A DNA stretch of 9,762 bases from Azolla caroliniana. Taxonomy: Eukaryota; Plantae; Polypodiophyta. Below the pieces are notes generated by a model. It saw nothing but the letters and a program-made list of their open reading frames with translations. It was not told where the DNA came from and made no database searches. Every line of letters begins with the position of its first letter. Within the stretch, counting starts at the first letter, position 1. The position numbers and the translations under genes are program-made. Shown here piece after piece: positions 8,718 to 9,762 of this stretch. The stretch is taken from positions 1-9,762 of the forward strand of contig JBHGNT010001331.1 in the NCBI GenBank assembly GCA_043228905.1, in the 5' to 3' direction.

Positions 8718-8782
8718 AGATCCAAGTCTTTGGGATGTTCAGATGTTCCAAGTCTTTCAGATGGTCCAGGTCTTTTCAGATG
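8718..8782. repeat. Degenerate ~18-19-nt tandem repeat in the PPD1 proximal promoter
   Basis: CAGATGTTCCAAGTCTTT (8740-8757) and CAGATGGTCCAGGTCTTTT (8758-8776), plus partial copies on both sides. Confidence 0.7.
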
Positions 8783-9275
8783 TCACATGGGCTACTCAAA
8801 TTTTAAAGCTTCTCCACGCCGGCCAGTGTATGATGTGTAACCTAATTTCTCTGACCCAGAGATATGGCTTCCTGACATGCCTTTCAAGAGGCCACACTAT
8901 GTATATCATCATCATTTCTCTCGCCTATGAGCTTGGCTTTGTATTATAGATTGCAATTAGTTTCCCTCGGATGTTTAAAAGATATCTATCTCACATTAGG
9001 ATTGTAACTCAATGCCCCGTCTCACATTGCAATGCATGTGAGTTAAGTCACATGGAAGCAATGGTTCGAATGGCAGACAATGGGATGGGCTCTAACATGT
9101 ATCGGAGTGTACGATTTCCGCGTTGATGAGTGCTCGAGATCCGGAAGAGGCATTTGATGATCGCAATCTGGCAACACTCTGTCTGGTTGCCAATGTGACT
9201 GGACCCCTTTGACATGGTCACACATGACCCTCGATCCTTCTCCAACTTGATGCATCAGTGTTGGATGGTCTCTTC

Positions 9276-9419
9276 CACGTGGGCTCATGTCACCTTAATA
9301 TGAAGAAAGGTCTTTGATCATTGTGTGGTCTGTGACTATTGGCTAAAACCTTTCCACGTGTATGAGATGACAATGGTATGTCTTCAAATGGATCTCTCCA
9401 TGTGGTGTGTGGCTATTGG
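9276..9419. promoter_or_regulatory. Two G-boxes and two CCAAT boxes upstream of PPD1
   Basis: CACGTG at 9276-9281 and 9355-9360 (both in TTCCACGTG); ATTGG (CCAAT on the minus strand) at 9338-9342 and 9415-9419. Function is inferred only. Confidence 0.35.
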
Positions 9420-9664
9420 ATGAATACTCCCATATCAGGGCCTGAATTTGACGGGTTAGTCTTAAAGTTTTTTGACGGGCATTTTTTAAAGAGGTATGTC
9501 ATATGACGTAAGAGTGCAAAAATTAACATGTCATTTGACATACAAATTTCTTATAATGAAAAGCTCTATATGATGCTTCATTATTATACATTTTATTACT
9601 ATAGAAGGTACACAAATAGACACAACTACCTCGCAAAGATAATGAAATACAGAAAATAAATATC

Positions 9665-9707
9665 GTGTTAATGTTTTTTTTTTACCAAAAAAGTGTTAAT
9701 GTTTTTT
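9665..9707. repeat. Direct repeat GTGTTAATGTTTTTT x2 (28-nt period)
   Basis: Copies at 9665-9679 and 9693-9707. Confidence 0.75.
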
Positions 9708-9762
9708 AAGCCAAAGTACAAACTATATATGTATCCATAATCATAATTCATTCTTGCAAAGT

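Noticed and set aside
9043-9288. Two overlapping minus-strand ORFs
   Set aside because: No recognisable homology; they lie in a motif-repetitive upstream region.

Overview
AT-rich eukaryotic genomic DNA from a land plant (a fern or other non-seed plant is plausible but not provable from sequence). Two nuclear genes lie on the minus strand. One is a complete two-exon PsbP-domain protein 1 (PPD1; 8636-8088 joined to 7979-7764, 254 aa) with a thylakoid twin-arginine signal. The other is the 5' half of a UXT (alpha-prefoldin-like) gene that the ORF track misses (coding exons 2334-2228, 2137-2108, 1733-1632; remaining exons apparently left of the window; probable 5'UTR exons 2951-2908 and ~3540-3386). 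Between them is a plus-strand, 5'-truncated LINE (RTE-X-like CCHC C-terminus) with a hidden frameshifted ~106-codon C-terminal extension. It is followed head-to-tail by a second, diverged 3' end of the same family; both share an identical terminal stem-loop and (TCTT)n tail. Next come CT/CA microsatellites and a possible tRNA-derived SINE remnant. I found no clearly new multi-gene system; the LINE dimer, its extension and a microsatellite-encoded uORF in the UXT leader are the best leads.
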